Part shown: piece by piece, positions 28,422 to 40,799 of the stretch | Layout of the letters: each line of letters opens with the position of its first letter | Position numbering within the stretch: position 1 is the stretch's first letter | Origin: Eledone cirrhosa | Lineage: Eukaryota | Assembly (NCBI GenBank): GCA_964016885.1 | Contig: OZ024753.1 | Coordinates: 18,104,001 to 18,168,000, forward strand | Direction: 5' to 3' | DNA: 64,000 nucleotides | Translations under genes and position numbers: made by a program | Notes under the pieces: generated by a model | Seen by the model: only the letters and a program-made list of their open reading frames with translations | Database searches by the model: none | Told to the model about the DNA's origin: nothing

Positions 28422-28456
<35 letters not shown>

Positions 28457-28458
28457 TA

Positions 28459-29106
28459 ACTTTCTTTTTATTTGCCACCAGGGCATCAAAGAGGGGACAA
28501 GTACAATGGGGGGAGTTTACATAACAAGGCGTCCTCAATAAGGAGGAGGCAATAACAAAATATAAAATATAAAATATAACAAAAATAAATTAAAAAACAA
28601 AATCCTCAATAGCGAGGAGGTGCCTTGGGAGGTCGCATACACCCCCGAAAAAAGAGTGCAGAGAGAGGGTGCTCCCATTAACTTTCATCTTTCTCACCTA
28701 CAGTCTGATGTAGAGTGAAGGCCCATTCACACAGGCAATTATCCCCACTTTGACCCATCTTTCATAGAAACGGCTGGGGTGCAGCACCTCTCTCTCCATC
28801 CTGATTCTTCTTCCGAAATGATATCGGAAGAAACGGAGCAGTTGTTGGCCAGAGAGAAAGGTGTCTGACCTCAGTCCTTTCAGACGCGTCCACCATACAA
28901 CCTCTTTCGCCATGGCTATTACGCACAGAAACACCGCCTCTCCTTCGTTTTTGAAGAGGGGGCGGCTTGATCGTTACAATAGACTCGGTGGTCAACCGGA
29001 TCAGTCCCATCCTTGACAGCAGTTGTTCGACAAAGCCCCACAGATCGGCAATGCCCGATCAGTGTACCAATGCGTGTGCAACGGTTTCCTCGTTGCACAC
29101 GCATCA
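28459..29106 (-). mobile_element. 5'-truncated, frameshifted Tx1 fragment (element C), close to element A
   Basis: Translates to FLCVIAMAKEVVWWTRLKGLRS...RRIRMEREVL, matching the ORF2 C-terminus. 3' end AATAAAAAAGAAAG followed by (TC)n/(TA)n. Confidence 0.9.
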
Positions 29107-29272
29107 TAGACAGATAAATATACACGGGTGTGTATGATTGTGTATAGAAGATTATATTAATAAAAGGAATTCCAACTTTGTCTGATTTACTCGTTTTATT
29201 TACAATCCTTTAAAATTTATAATGGTATTAGAATGAAATAGTGTGGTAGAATATTAAATGTTAAGTATTAAT

Positions 29273-29311
29273 TGAACAAGTACGTTCATGCTTTCGCAAT
29301 CTTCAGGTTCG
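29273..29311 (-). ncRNA. Minimal hammerhead lacking helix II (left terminal repeat)
   Basis: CGAAC-CTGAAGA-TTGC-GAAA-GCATGAACGTAC-TT-GTTCA. Confidence 0.75.
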
Positions 29312-29644
29312 TAATGTGTGGTGACAGTCAAGTTTGCAGTTTTCAACTGTAATGAGATGGGTAAATGTTGTGCCTTATATACAGTAAAAAGTTGCTCCAG
29401 AATCATAAATCTTACAAACTGTATTTCGACCAATCGGTGTGTAGTTTCACTGGATTACTAAAGCTGATTGGTTTAGGCCTCAGTATCTAAAGCATCAATT
29501 GTTTTGCTATTTTTAGAAATAATGAAAATAGGATTTTCTAGTAATCATCACCATCAACATCACATTTATTATTATTAATATTGTTGTTGTTATTGTTAGT
29601 GGTCGTAGTCATAGTCATAGTAGAAGTAATAACACTAAGCGTTA

Positions 29645-31340
29645 TTATTGTTCATTTATCTTGGGTTTGAATTTATCAATAACATTCTTTTCTTTGATTT
29701 TTCTCTTGATTTCACTTGGGCTGTGTAATTTGTAGAATGGGAATATTATAATTCCCTGACCACATGTTGCTAGATGGTTACTTAGGGGTATCTGACGGAC
29801 AGTTGTGTCTCTGATTTGCTGTCGCTGTACCCGTGCACGTTCCGATAGTGCATTTCCAGTTTGACCGACATATAGTTCTTCACAATTCGGGCATTTAATG
29901 CAGTAAATTAGATTTCTGCTTTTGCAGTTCATATTTGCATTTAGAAATATTTTTCCAGTTTTTGTTTTCATATATTGACCGGTGAGTATGGATTGACATG
30001 TGCCACATCAACTATCATTGCATTTAGATACAGTGAATGATTGGTCTTTGTTGTTAAGGTCAAACTTTGCTTTTGTTAGTAATTGCTTCTCATTTTTCGG
30101 CTGTCTTTTACTAAGAGTCAAAGATCGATCTGTGATTAAGCCTTTTAATTCATTACTTTGAGCAATGATCGGTAGGTTTGCTTTGGCAGTGTTGAAGATA
30201 TTCTGGTGACATGAGTTGTGTGTCATTATAAATGGGAATGACCAGTTCTTGGTTTCTTCTTCCTTGGGTTATCCTAAGTTGTTGTATAGGTATTTTTATA
30301 GCCCGCTGTATGCCATTTTCTATAAGTAGAGATGGGTATTTTTGTTTGAGCAAAAATTCTCTTAGTTTTGTTAGGCGTTTGTACCTGGCATTCGTATCTT
30401 CTACAATGGTATACATTCTTCTGGCTAGGCAGTATGGGATGTTGCGTTTTGTATGAGATGGATGGCACGACTTAAAATTCAGATATTGATGGATATCTGT
30501 GTGTTTATAAATATATATCCGTGGTAATGGTTGTGCCGTTTTTGATTATCATTGGATTGGCAGTATCGGTAGAGGGTCGGACGCCATGCTTTGACGCATA
30601 GAGTTACGGTCTTTGCCATTCTGAGTTCAAATCCCGCCGAGGTTAACTTTGCCTTTCATCCTTACGGGGTCGATAAAATAAAGTACCAGTAATGCACTGG
30701 GTAATTGCTGGCCTTGTGCCAAAAAGTAGAAACAATTATATCTAGGAATGGTAATTTGGTACTACTCATCTCTTTTGTAAATTGGAGAGATGGGTGTAGA
30801 TTATTCAGGAGGATCTAGAGATCTAGAGATCTAGATCCAGATTATCTAGAGATTCTGTCCAGATGATGAAACAGTCGTCAAGGCAGCTCTTCCAAGATTT
30901 TTCAATGTACTTTTGGTAGAGTTATTGTTCTAAGTATCCCATTACAGAGTTCGCGTAAACGGGAGCAAACTTTGTTCCCATCGCTGTGCTTCTAATTTGG
31001 ATGTAATTCTTTCCATTGAAGAAGAAAGTGTTGTTTTCCAGAATAAGTTTAACTGCGTCTAATATAAATGGCGCTGTGAATCTGATGGGAATCACTTCTC
31101 TATGTTTTTCCACCCAGTATTTAACCACCTTTATTCCTAAATCATGTGTAATGTTGGTGTAAAGGCTTACCACATCAAAACTGAGTAGAAGTGAATTCGT
31201 TTCCGTGGCTTTGGGAAGATGGGACAGGAAGTCGATATCATCCCGGATGAAACTGGGTATGTGAATACATAGTGGTTTCAAAATAATGTCAACAAAATTG
31301 CTTAGACGGTGGGTGGGGCATGTTGGACCAGCTATAATAG
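29645..31340 (-). pseudogene. Disrupted Penelope RT and GIY-YIG ORF, interrupted by a SINE at 30553-30740
   Basis: SFDVVSLYTNI, TAMGTKFAPVYAN, CLDDCFIIW, KCNDS*CGTC, NLIYCIKCPNCEELYVGQT. Contains stops and frameshifts. Confidence 0.92.
30553..30740 (+). mobile_element. SINE inserted in the Penelope ORF
   Basis: Same consensus. Confidence 0.92.
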
Positions 31341-31817
31341 GCCAGGGAATATTTATAATATCCCATTCTACAAATTACACAGCCCAAGTGAAATCAAGAG
31401 AAAAATCAAAGAAAATAATTTTATTGATAAATTCAAACCCAAGCTAAATGAACAATAATAATGGGGTATTAATCCTACCATGACTATGACTACGACCACT
31501 AACAAAAACAACAACAATAATAATAAAAGTGATGTTGATGGTGATGATTACGAGAAAATGCTATTTTCATCATTTCTAAAAATAGCAAAACAATTGATGC
31601 TTTGGATAGGGTCAATTAGTAGTCGTTAGACATGCTCAACCAACCGTGACGCCTAAACCAATCAACTTTAGTAATCCAGTGAAACTACACACCGATTGGT
31701 CGAAATACAGTTTGTAAGATTTAGCATTCTGGAGCCACTTTTCACTGTATATAAGGCACAACATTTACCCATCTCATTACAGTTGAAAATTGCAAACTTG
31801 ACTGTCACCACACATTA

Positions 31818-31856
31818 TGAACCTGAAGATTGCGAAAGCATGAAAGTACTTGTTCA
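31818..31856 (+). ncRNA. Minimal hammerhead lacking helix II (right terminal repeat)
   Basis: TGAAC-CTGAAGA-TTGC-GAAA-GCATGAAAGTAC-TT-GTTCA. Perfect 5 bp stem I. Confidence 0.8.
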
Positions 31857-31968
31857 ATTAACACTTAACATTTAATATTGTATCATACTATTTCATTATA
31901 ATACCATTATAAATTTTAAAGGATTGTAAATAAAACGAGTAAATCAGACAAAGTTGGAATTCCTTTTA

Positions 31969-32012
<44 letters not shown>

Positions 32013-32017
32013 TATTA

Positions 32018-32095
<78 letters not shown>

Positions 32096-32096
32096 A

Positions 32097-32319
32097 TTAT
32101 TTCATTAGCAAGTGAACAACACAAAATATAACTACTCCATTACCAAATGTTTCTGGACCACAGGCGAAAATTACGTCTGGATCCTCCGTCAGATATAGAT
32201 GTTATAGGTGACATCTCTATCTGACGAAGGATCCATACGTATATTATTATCATCTGTGATCCAGAAACCTTTGGTAATGGAATAGTTATATATTGTGTTG
32301 TTCACTTTCTAATTAAATA
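32097..32319. mobile_element. Diverged fold-back element with a hammerhead at 32217-32280 (+) and a degenerate mirror copy
   Basis: CTAT-CTGACGA-AGGATC...GATCCA-GAAA-CCTTTGG-TA-ATGG. Confidence 0.75.
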
Positions 32320-32820
32320 GCTCTGTTATATACGTAGAGCACTCTTTTCTCCTTTGCTTTAATACTGGAATTACGTATCATATGTCATCTATTATACACA
32401 CACACTCACACTCACACATATTTAAATGTCTAAATATTATTAATAGAATGTAATAAAAAAACTCAATATTACAATAGACTTAAATTGAATCTTATTTTTA
32501 ATAGAATTCGGAATCGTATTAAACAGTAACATGTCAGATTTAGACATATATTGGACTCCATTATAGAAATATCACAGTATTACCAGTAAAAACCATGGCA
32601 ACGGGATACCATGGGAGGCCCTGATCTTCTTCACAATTATATATATTTTAAAACTAAAAATACATCTATTAGCGTTCTACAAAAATAACATTACAAACTT
32701 TATTTTAATATATCTAATACATATATACATAAATATATACCTACATATATACATACATACAAATATGCATACAGACACACACACACACACATATATATAT
32801 GTATTATATGTATACACACA

Positions 32821-32940
<120 letters not shown>

Positions 32941-33004
32941 TTTATCCTGGGTCAAACAGCGGTAACCACAGTAAGTCAGGTACTCAATATATAGCAGAGT
33001 AGAA

Positions 33005-33111
33005 ATATTTAATATAGAAATGGCGTCTACAGGAATAGAACTGTTTCATTTAGGGGAAATCATCAGGGCTTTCAGATGATTTCTCCTGAATGAAAGAAGC
33101 CATTTCTACAT

Positions 33112-33118
<7 letters not shown>
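33005..33118. mobile_element. Small fold-back element with a hammerhead at 33025-33069 (-)
   Basis: GCC-CTGATGA-TTTCCCCTAAAT-GAAA-CAGTTCTATTCCTG-TA-GAC. The + arm reads CAGATGA and lacks stem III. Confidence 0.65.
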
Positions 33119-33205
<87 letters not shown>

Positions 33206-33240
33206 TACATATAAATGTACATACATATAAATATAAAAAA

Positions 33241-33830
33241 TGGTGCTCTGAAATACCGATTTATATATGAATGTATATACAGTGTATTATGCAATACACT
33301 GTATGCTTAATTATAAGCATTTCAAAGACCTTACGCTATTGTTTTACTTACTTTAAATTTTCAGCAAACAGAGGAGATAAAGCTGACAGAGCTCTGTTTC
33401 GTACTTTTTGGTACTTATCAAAGCTAAGAACTTCACCTGCTTGCTGAAAATAATGAATGTTTGATTCTTATAGAATTCTAGAACTGATTATACAGAGCGG
33501 TTGCCGGTCAAGCAAAAATTGAAAATTAGAATCGGTGCTCTGAAATAGCGATATATATATGAATGTATATATAGTGTATTTTGCAATACACTATATGCTT
33601 AATTAAAAGCATTTCGAAGACCTTACCAAACATTCATGATTTTCAGCAAACAGGTGGAGTACTTAGCTTTAATAACTACCAAAAAGTATGAAACAAAGCT
33701 CTGTCAGCTTTATCTCCCCTGTTTGCTGAAAATTTAAAGTAAGTGAGACTGTCACTACTCTAAAATAATAGCGTAAGCTCTTCGAAATGCTTTTAATTAA
33801 GCATACAGTATATTGCAAAATACACTATAT

Positions 33831-33840
<10 letters not shown>
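33241..33840. mobile_element. Composite fold-back with an internal direct repeat and degenerate hammerheads (33381-33425 on -, mirror near 33669-33710)
   Basis: AGCT-TTGATAA-GTAC caaaaa GTAC-GAAA-CAGAGCTCTG-TC-AGCT. 33242-33332 is repeated directly at 33534-33626. Confidence 0.75.
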
Positions 33841-33910
<70 letters not shown>

Positions 33911-33911
33911 A

Positions 33912-34149
33912 GAAGAGATAATTAATTTGGTGGAAATCCAACAAATATAGATGTTTATAACTCATTCAGAGCACTCGACAGTTTTCTGGAGTAAGTATTC
34001 AATGATATTAATTAAATGGAAAGTATATTTATAAAACATTTTGTATTTTATCTGATGAAAGCGTACCAACATTTTTGGTACCATTGAAATGTATATAATA
34101 GAATAAATATGGTTTTATAAATATAGTTACTATTTTTATAATCTCATTG

Positions 34150-34153
<4 letters not shown>
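33912..34153 (+). mobile_element. Terminal-repeat-like element with a hammerhead at 34045-34104 preceded by an inverted copy of its own tail
   Basis: ATTTTAT-CTGATGA-AAGCGTACCAA cattt TTGGTACCATT-GAAA-TGTATA-TA-ATAGAAT. Family also at 34992, 40342 and 54445. Confidence 0.8.
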
Positions 34154-34192
<39 letters not shown>

Positions 34193-34221
34193 AAAGAATA
34201 GAGGTGTAACACACAAGTTAT

Positions 34222-34629
34222 TATATATTGGTAAACGGAATAGAAAATGCTGACAAATTGTTCACAGTTGAAAAATGGTTTAATTAGGAATAAAAGAGTA
34301 TTAGTGATTGTATGGGTTAGTATTCAGTTGTGGTTTTAAGTTTTTAAGTTTTTACCGGTTGCGCATTTCTAAATGCTTTTCAAAAATAATTTTGAGATAG
34401 AGTGTCCGTGCTGTTTGCTCTGATCTCTGATCTCAGATCAGAGCAAACAGCACGGACACTCTATCTCAAAATTATTTTTGAAAAGCATTTAGAAATGCGC
34501 AACCGGTAAAAACTTAAAAACTTAAAACCACAACTGAATACTAACCCATACAATCACTAATACTCTTTTATTCCTAATTAAACCATTTTTCAACTGTGAA
34601 CAATTTGTCAGCATTTTCTATTCCGTTTA

Positions 34630-34639
<10 letters not shown>
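34222..34639. repeat. Apparently perfect palindrome, 205 bp arms, 8-nt loop (34427-34434)
   Basis: No arm mismatches seen by eye. No hammerhead core found inside. Confidence 0.95.
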
Positions 34640-34699
<60 letters not shown>

Positions 34700-34706
<7 letters not shown>

Positions 34707-35178
34707 GTTTGAATAAGTATAATAAAGCAAAAACAATGCAGGTATGGACATAGAATAAAGAATGCAAATGCAAAAGATATTGTTGACAATTAGTCTTTTA
34801 CCTTAGATTTATTTAAATGTCCTTAATTTTCGAGATAATATCTCTTCTTCAGAGGGAAATAAATGTCTCAAACCTTCGTTCTAAATAGCTTGCCAGGTCA
34901 TGCTGACAGCAAATGGTATAGAGTATCTGTTCTATCTCTAAAATTAGGTGGATAAAGAGTAGTCTCCCTTTAAAAGGGGTTTGTATTTTGTATTTTATCT
35001 GATGAAAGCGTACCAACATTTTTGGTACCATTGAAATGTATATAACAGAATTGTCAACAATATCTTTTGCATTTGCATTCTTTATTCTATGTCCATACCT
35101 GCATTGTTTTGGCTTTATTATACATATTCAAACGTTTATACCTCCTTACACAATGCTTCAAGTGAACTATAACCTCCT

Positions 35179-35180
<2 letters not shown>
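34700..35180. mobile_element. Composite element: inverted arms of the 170-418 family enclosing two divergent hammerheads (34821-34855 on -, 34992-35051 on +)
   Basis: Arms 34700-34791 and 35049-35140. CCT-CTGAAGA-A-GAGAT att ATCTC-GAAA-AT-TA-AGG on -; near-exact copy of the 34045 motif on +. Confidence 0.8.
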
Positions 35181-35247
<67 letters not shown>

Positions 35248-35316
35248 CATATGTGTCCATATGTATATACAGTGTGCGCATATGTATATATATATATATT
35301 ACATATACATAAACAT

Positions 35317-35379
<63 letters not shown>

Positions 35380-35928
35380 CGTGTATGTGTGTGCATGTGT
35401 GTGTATGTGTGTGCATGTGTTTGAGTATTTGTATTTGTGTCCGTGTGTGTGTGTGTGTGTGTTTGTGTGTGTGTGTGCCTGTGTGTAGGTCTGTGTGTGA
35501 GTGTTTGTGTGTGCGTGTGTGTGTGTGTATGAGTGTTTTCTGCATCTGTGTGTGTGTGTGTGTATGTCTATGTGTGTGTTTGTATCTATGTCTCTGTTTG
35601 TGTATTTGAGAGAGAGTTTGTGTGTGTGTAGCATAACATTGCTGATATTTTACGTCATTCCTAGCCATTATTCATCAGTTGTTGCTGACTCTGCACATGT
35701 TGAATCTATTAAACTAAACTAGATTTTGCAGAATTGCATCTACTGCTTACTGATGTGTTAAACATTAGAAGCAGTGTTAGAACAATCTTCTTAGATTGCT
35801 CATAATGTCACTTAAACCACTGCTATTAGGTGCTGGATATTACAGTAGGAAGAACTGCACGTTATAACTGTTGGTTACATACACCTCTACGTCAGTAATA
35901 TTATATAACAGCGGTAATATTATATAAA

Positions 35929-36800
35929 GGGCGGTGAATTGGCAGTATCGGTAGAAGGTTGGACGCCATGCTTTGCAGCATAGAGTTAAATACCTTTATG
36001 ATCTGAGTTCAAATCCCGCCGAGGCTAACATTGCCTTTCATCCTTACGGGGTCGATAACATAAAGTACTAGTTACGTGCTGGGTTCGATTTAATCGACTT
36101 GCTTCCCTTCAAATTACTCGCATTGTGCCTATATAAGAAACCATTATAAAACATCATTGAAGGCTGGTGATGGGACAGAATCGGTAGAGTGTCGGATAAC
36201 ATGTTTTTGTGATAGCATATATTTACTTGTCCTGAGTTCAAATCTCAGCGATTTCCACTTTTCCTTTTCCGCGTCGATAAATTATAGCACCAATGATTGG
36301 AGATGATTTTATTGAATTGCCCTTCCGCCAAAATTGGTTGGTATTGTGCCTAAATTAGAAACCATTATTAAATGCGGTGGACTTGGTAGAGCGTCCGACA
36401 ATTTTACGTCATGAATGTACGTCCCTTTATGTTCTGAGCCCACCTCACGCCCAGGCTGGCTTTACTTTTTATCCTTTCGAAGTCGATGAAATAAAGCACC
36501 AGTGATGTATTGGGGGAGGATTTAATCGACGTTCCCTTCCCCATAAAATGGTTAGCTCTGTGCCAAAGTCAGAAACCGTTATTTAACTGCGTAAAAATAG
36601 ATTAAGTTTCCAGCAATAAATATATATTGATTACTTATATTGTAGGGCGGTGGATTGGCAGTATCGGTAGTTACGTCCCTTTACGATCTGAGTTCAAATC
36701 CCGCCGAGGTTGACTTTGCCTTTCATCCTTACGATAAAATAAAGTACCAGTAATGCACTGGATAATTGCTGGCCTTGTGCCTAAAGTAGAAACAATTACT
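35929..36800 (+). mobile_element. Cluster of four co-oriented SINEs of different ages
   Basis: Copies start near 35929, 36165, 36373 and 36646. Confidence 0.85.
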
Positions 36801-39703
36801 TATATTGTAATAGATTCAAGAATAAGAATGTTACTATAAGTGGAAATGAGGTTGTTAACGATGATGATGATGATGGTCATGATGATGATGATGGTGGTGA
36901 TGCTGATGGTAATGGGGATAATAATGATGATACCAATAAGGATGGTAATGATGATTGTGATGATGATGATGATGATGAAGATAATGGTGAAAATGATGTT
37001 TAGAATGGGGATGATGTAGAAAGGCTGATTTGCCAATGAGGAGATGACATTGAATGATAAAAAATGTGTGGTTGATTATCTAGATAATTATTTATTACAT
37101 CAAGGGATATTTATTGAAGCCACGTGACCTTCTGATAGGTTGTCGGGCTCACTTTCCTAAGGTCGCAGCCTGAGGTACGCTGTGTGTCCTTCAATAACAC
37201 CTATCATTTAACATTGCTACAATTCTCTCAGTTGAACGACGTACCGATGTGTGCCTAGGATATCATGCGACAGAATTGCATCCCAGACAGGGAGAAAGGT
37301 TACTTTCGTACTGTTAATTTCTTAATGTACATTAAATAGGAATCAGCTCCGAATGTTGTCCATCTTATAAAACTTGGCTAAGAATACTTGAGTTGAGACA
37401 ACAAGCGGCCAATATCAATTATTCTTGCATTGATAAATTCCAAGGTAATTTCCCTCTTACTTACCCAATGACACCGGAAAGGGGTATCTGCACTAATGCT
37501 TAGGTTAAAAATTAGAAACATCTACTAAACATATGCGAGGAGTAATGCATCATATGTTCCCTCATAGATAAATATGCAGCATTCAAATTTTAATTTTCAA
37601 AATCCTTGTCACCTAAACTGAGCTTTTCGTAAAATCCGAACATATATTGTAATTCTATCTACATAAGCTGTAGTGCTAATTTCATACAAAATATTAGCTT
37701 GGGTTCTCAGTTTCCTCAAAAGCTATGGTACATAAACCTTTTATATTGATTCCTCGTGAGATCTCTAATCTGCCCATCGAGGTTACATACATTTAATTAC
37801 AGCATCTCAATGAAACGTGAGACAAATTTGGAAAATATAGTAAAATGAATTTTGTAATTATTGGCGTTCAGCTTTATTTTGCTAATAATTGTTGAGAAGT
37901 ACTGATGAATATAATTAAATTATTGCATCACAGCCGAATTGCATGATGATTTAAGAACAAGCTTGAACTGGCTATTACAAACATGGGAAACGAAGAATTG
38001 AAGATATAGAGGAAATATAAATAAATAAATTGCTATAATACATCTTCCATCCAGAGAAAATAAAGCAAGCAGTGATTTAAAATAAATGAACGATCATCTT
38101 GATCACTTAGTTTGGGAAATGAAAGAAAACCATATGATTTCAACACAAGCTACGAATGGTGATATTAAAGTTACAAATGTTGATATTGAACCCCAAATCA
38201 TGCTCACTATGTTATGAACCCAAGCAATTTCAGGTGCCCAGGGAAAAAAGCGAAAAAGAAAGCTATGCCACACCTTTGGGAGGTTTCGGTAGTGAAACTG
38301 AAACCCTTGTGGAAGAGTGTTATTGCATGTGTTATACACTCACTGCTAATGCCGGGCAAAAACGATTACGTAAGTCTTGGATAAAAAGAACACATGTGAG
38401 GGCACTCAGTGTTATGCAAGCTTGAAGAGCTATATTCAAAGTTTACAGCGAAATATCCAATGCAGAGATATGTCTTTGAAAATGTGCATTACTGGGGCCT
38501 AAGTAGTGCATCATTACAGTAGCCCCTGGTATACTGACGTATGTATTTGTACTCAGCATTAAAATGTGAAGCTTAAGTATCATAGCTTGACTGACAGGAT
38601 TGCTTAAGAACAGTATTTCTACGATGCATTGCTGTACATCTTGTCCTGGGGTAGCAGTTCTTTAGATGTATTAAAAAAATTAGTTAAACCTTGAAAATAA
38701 AAGGGATAATGAATGTGATGCAGAAAAGAAATGGGAAGGCGACGGTGTCATATTTCAGCAAATTTGGCAAATTATCTTCCTTTTACTATTTGACATGTTA
38801 TAATGAAATCAAAATGATTATCTCTATTGTAAATATTTCCAGTATATATGTTGAGATGGCCCCAAAAGAAATTAAGTAACATTATGATTCCTGATGTTAT
38901 ATACCGTAGAAAATAACTATTAGTCGTTTGGAATTGTCATCACAATTGTCATCCTACAATTAGTAAAGATACAGATTCCTCTGGAAATAATTGTTCAGCT
39001 TCAATTTCAAAGAATTCTAACTTGTTATTTATGGTACTGTCAATGGCAGGTTGAAGCGCCGTTGGGTCGTTGGAAAAATCTAAGAGAAATAGAATAAATC
39101 TTAATAAAAAGATATAATATAACAACGCTCCTGTGATCCTCTCCTTCTTCAGACAGGTAAACATTTATATTTGACGTTATACAGCCCATCGTCACATTCC
39201 GTACTCCCCATTTTCTGTGCACCAGTAAATGTCTTTAAGGAATTACAATCATTTTGCAAGAATTGATTGTATAAAGATTTCACATAGTATTTCGGCAAGA
39301 AATAGTTTATAAATATTTCTCTCAAGTGGGCGTTTCCAGACTTGGCTACAACATATGTCCATGTCATTGTGTAGCCATTTCATATGACACGTCGAACTTT
39401 CACACTTCAATTATATAACGATGAATGCCTACATATCTACACAATGTATGTCCTACTTTTGTAGTTTCCGATTATACTGGCACTCGAAGTGTTATGCTTG
39501 TTTGGTGTAGGACAGAATGAAGAAGAGGCACAAAATAAGAACCCAGTCATTGAGGAGGTCACAAAATGTGTTAGGAAAGATCTTTGGCAATAGATAAACA
39601 ACCATCAGGTTATTGAACCAACCAATCGGGAATATATAATAAATGGAGGTGAAAACCAACAACTAGGTGTTTTTATTGCCAACATGACCCCTTCCCAAAG
39701 TAT

Positions 39704-39761
<58 letters not shown>

Positions 39762-39958
39762 TAAGTAGGTACGTAGTAGCGTGGGGAGAAGAATGTTTCT
39801 GTCTGTGAGTGTGTGTGCATCTCTAGTGTGTTAAGGTACATTCAGAATGGAAGTGAAGGGGGATTAACCAAGGAATAAGTGTTTTGGGTTATAGTTATAA
39901 ATACTCTTCTTTCCAATTTTACCGTCTCCGCTCATATTGTACCTGACCTTTCAATTGT

Positions 39959-40035
<77 letters not shown>

Positions 40036-40341
40036 TACTTGCCTCACTCGCTTTACGCGTTTCTATTGTCCTAATAACTTATTTTAGTTATTATCGCTCC
40101 AACGTGAGGTATATGATTTTTAATGCGATGAAATACCCATGATCGTTTGGTAAATCACTGATGAGGGACTCATTTTATAACATGTTATCCATGTGCAACC
40201 AGCAGTATTCTTCTCACCCATATTTTCATATATATATATATATAAATGGCATTAAAGAAATGGAAACTATATTTCATGGAAAAACTTGAACCGTTAAGGT
40301 CTTCTTCCTGGATATGTCAATATTTATAAAACAAACTTTGG

Positions 40342-40400
40342 ATTTTATCTGATGAGTGCGTACTAAAGTTTCGGTACCCTTGAAATGTATATAATAGAAT
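40342..40400 (+). ncRNA. Hammerhead (34045 family) just upstream of Tx1 element A
   Basis: ATTTTAT-CTGATGA-GTGCGTACT...GGTACCCTT-GAAA-TGTATA-TA-ATAGAAT. Confidence 0.75.
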
Positions 40401-40799
40401 GAATATGGTTTTATAAATATAGTTTCCATTTATTTAATATCATTGATATTATACTCCAGAAAACATCTCGAGTGTTTCGAATCTGTTATAAATATATATA
40501 TATTGGTTGAACAAATTAAATATCTCTTTTGCTTATATCTATCTATCTATCTATATATATATATATATAAATCTAGCTGTCGTCTGTTCTACAGTGTGGA
40601 TGTCATTCACTTCGCACAGAAGTTTTGTTCAAATTTATTGAGGAAATTTTGTGAGTTCAAACTTAATTTTGATACAATTGTGTAGCTTGACCCTCCGTCT
40701 GAACTGTCAGGCGGTGGGTCAGCTCATCTTTACCCCTCCTAGAGGTGAAAAACCTGTTTTAAAAAATTTTGTGTAAAAAATTTCAATCGTCTAACAGAA

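Larger units (their letters stand above)
29156..31973 (-). mobile_element. Degraded Penelope-like element (Neptune-like) with ~600 bp inverted terminal repeats
   Basis: Arms 29156-29757 and ~31343-31973 are reverse complements. Each includes the ORF 3' end and a hammerhead motif. Confidence 0.9.

Noticed and set aside
30008-30010. In-frame TGA within a Cys cluster of the Penelope ORF (KCNDS*CGTC) as possible selenocysteine
   Set aside because: It sits at the usual Arg position of CxxxRCxxC, so CGA to TGA decay is simpler, and the ORF has other lesions. The Naiad-like ORF has no in-frame TGA.
38103-39560. Non-repetitive-looking stretch with short ORFs as a nested gene
   Set aside because: No recognisable motifs or consistent splice structure.
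40157-40190. CTGATGA followed by the palindrome TAACATGTTA as another hammerhead
   Set aside because: No GAAA and no stem I or II pairing; at best a decayed relic.
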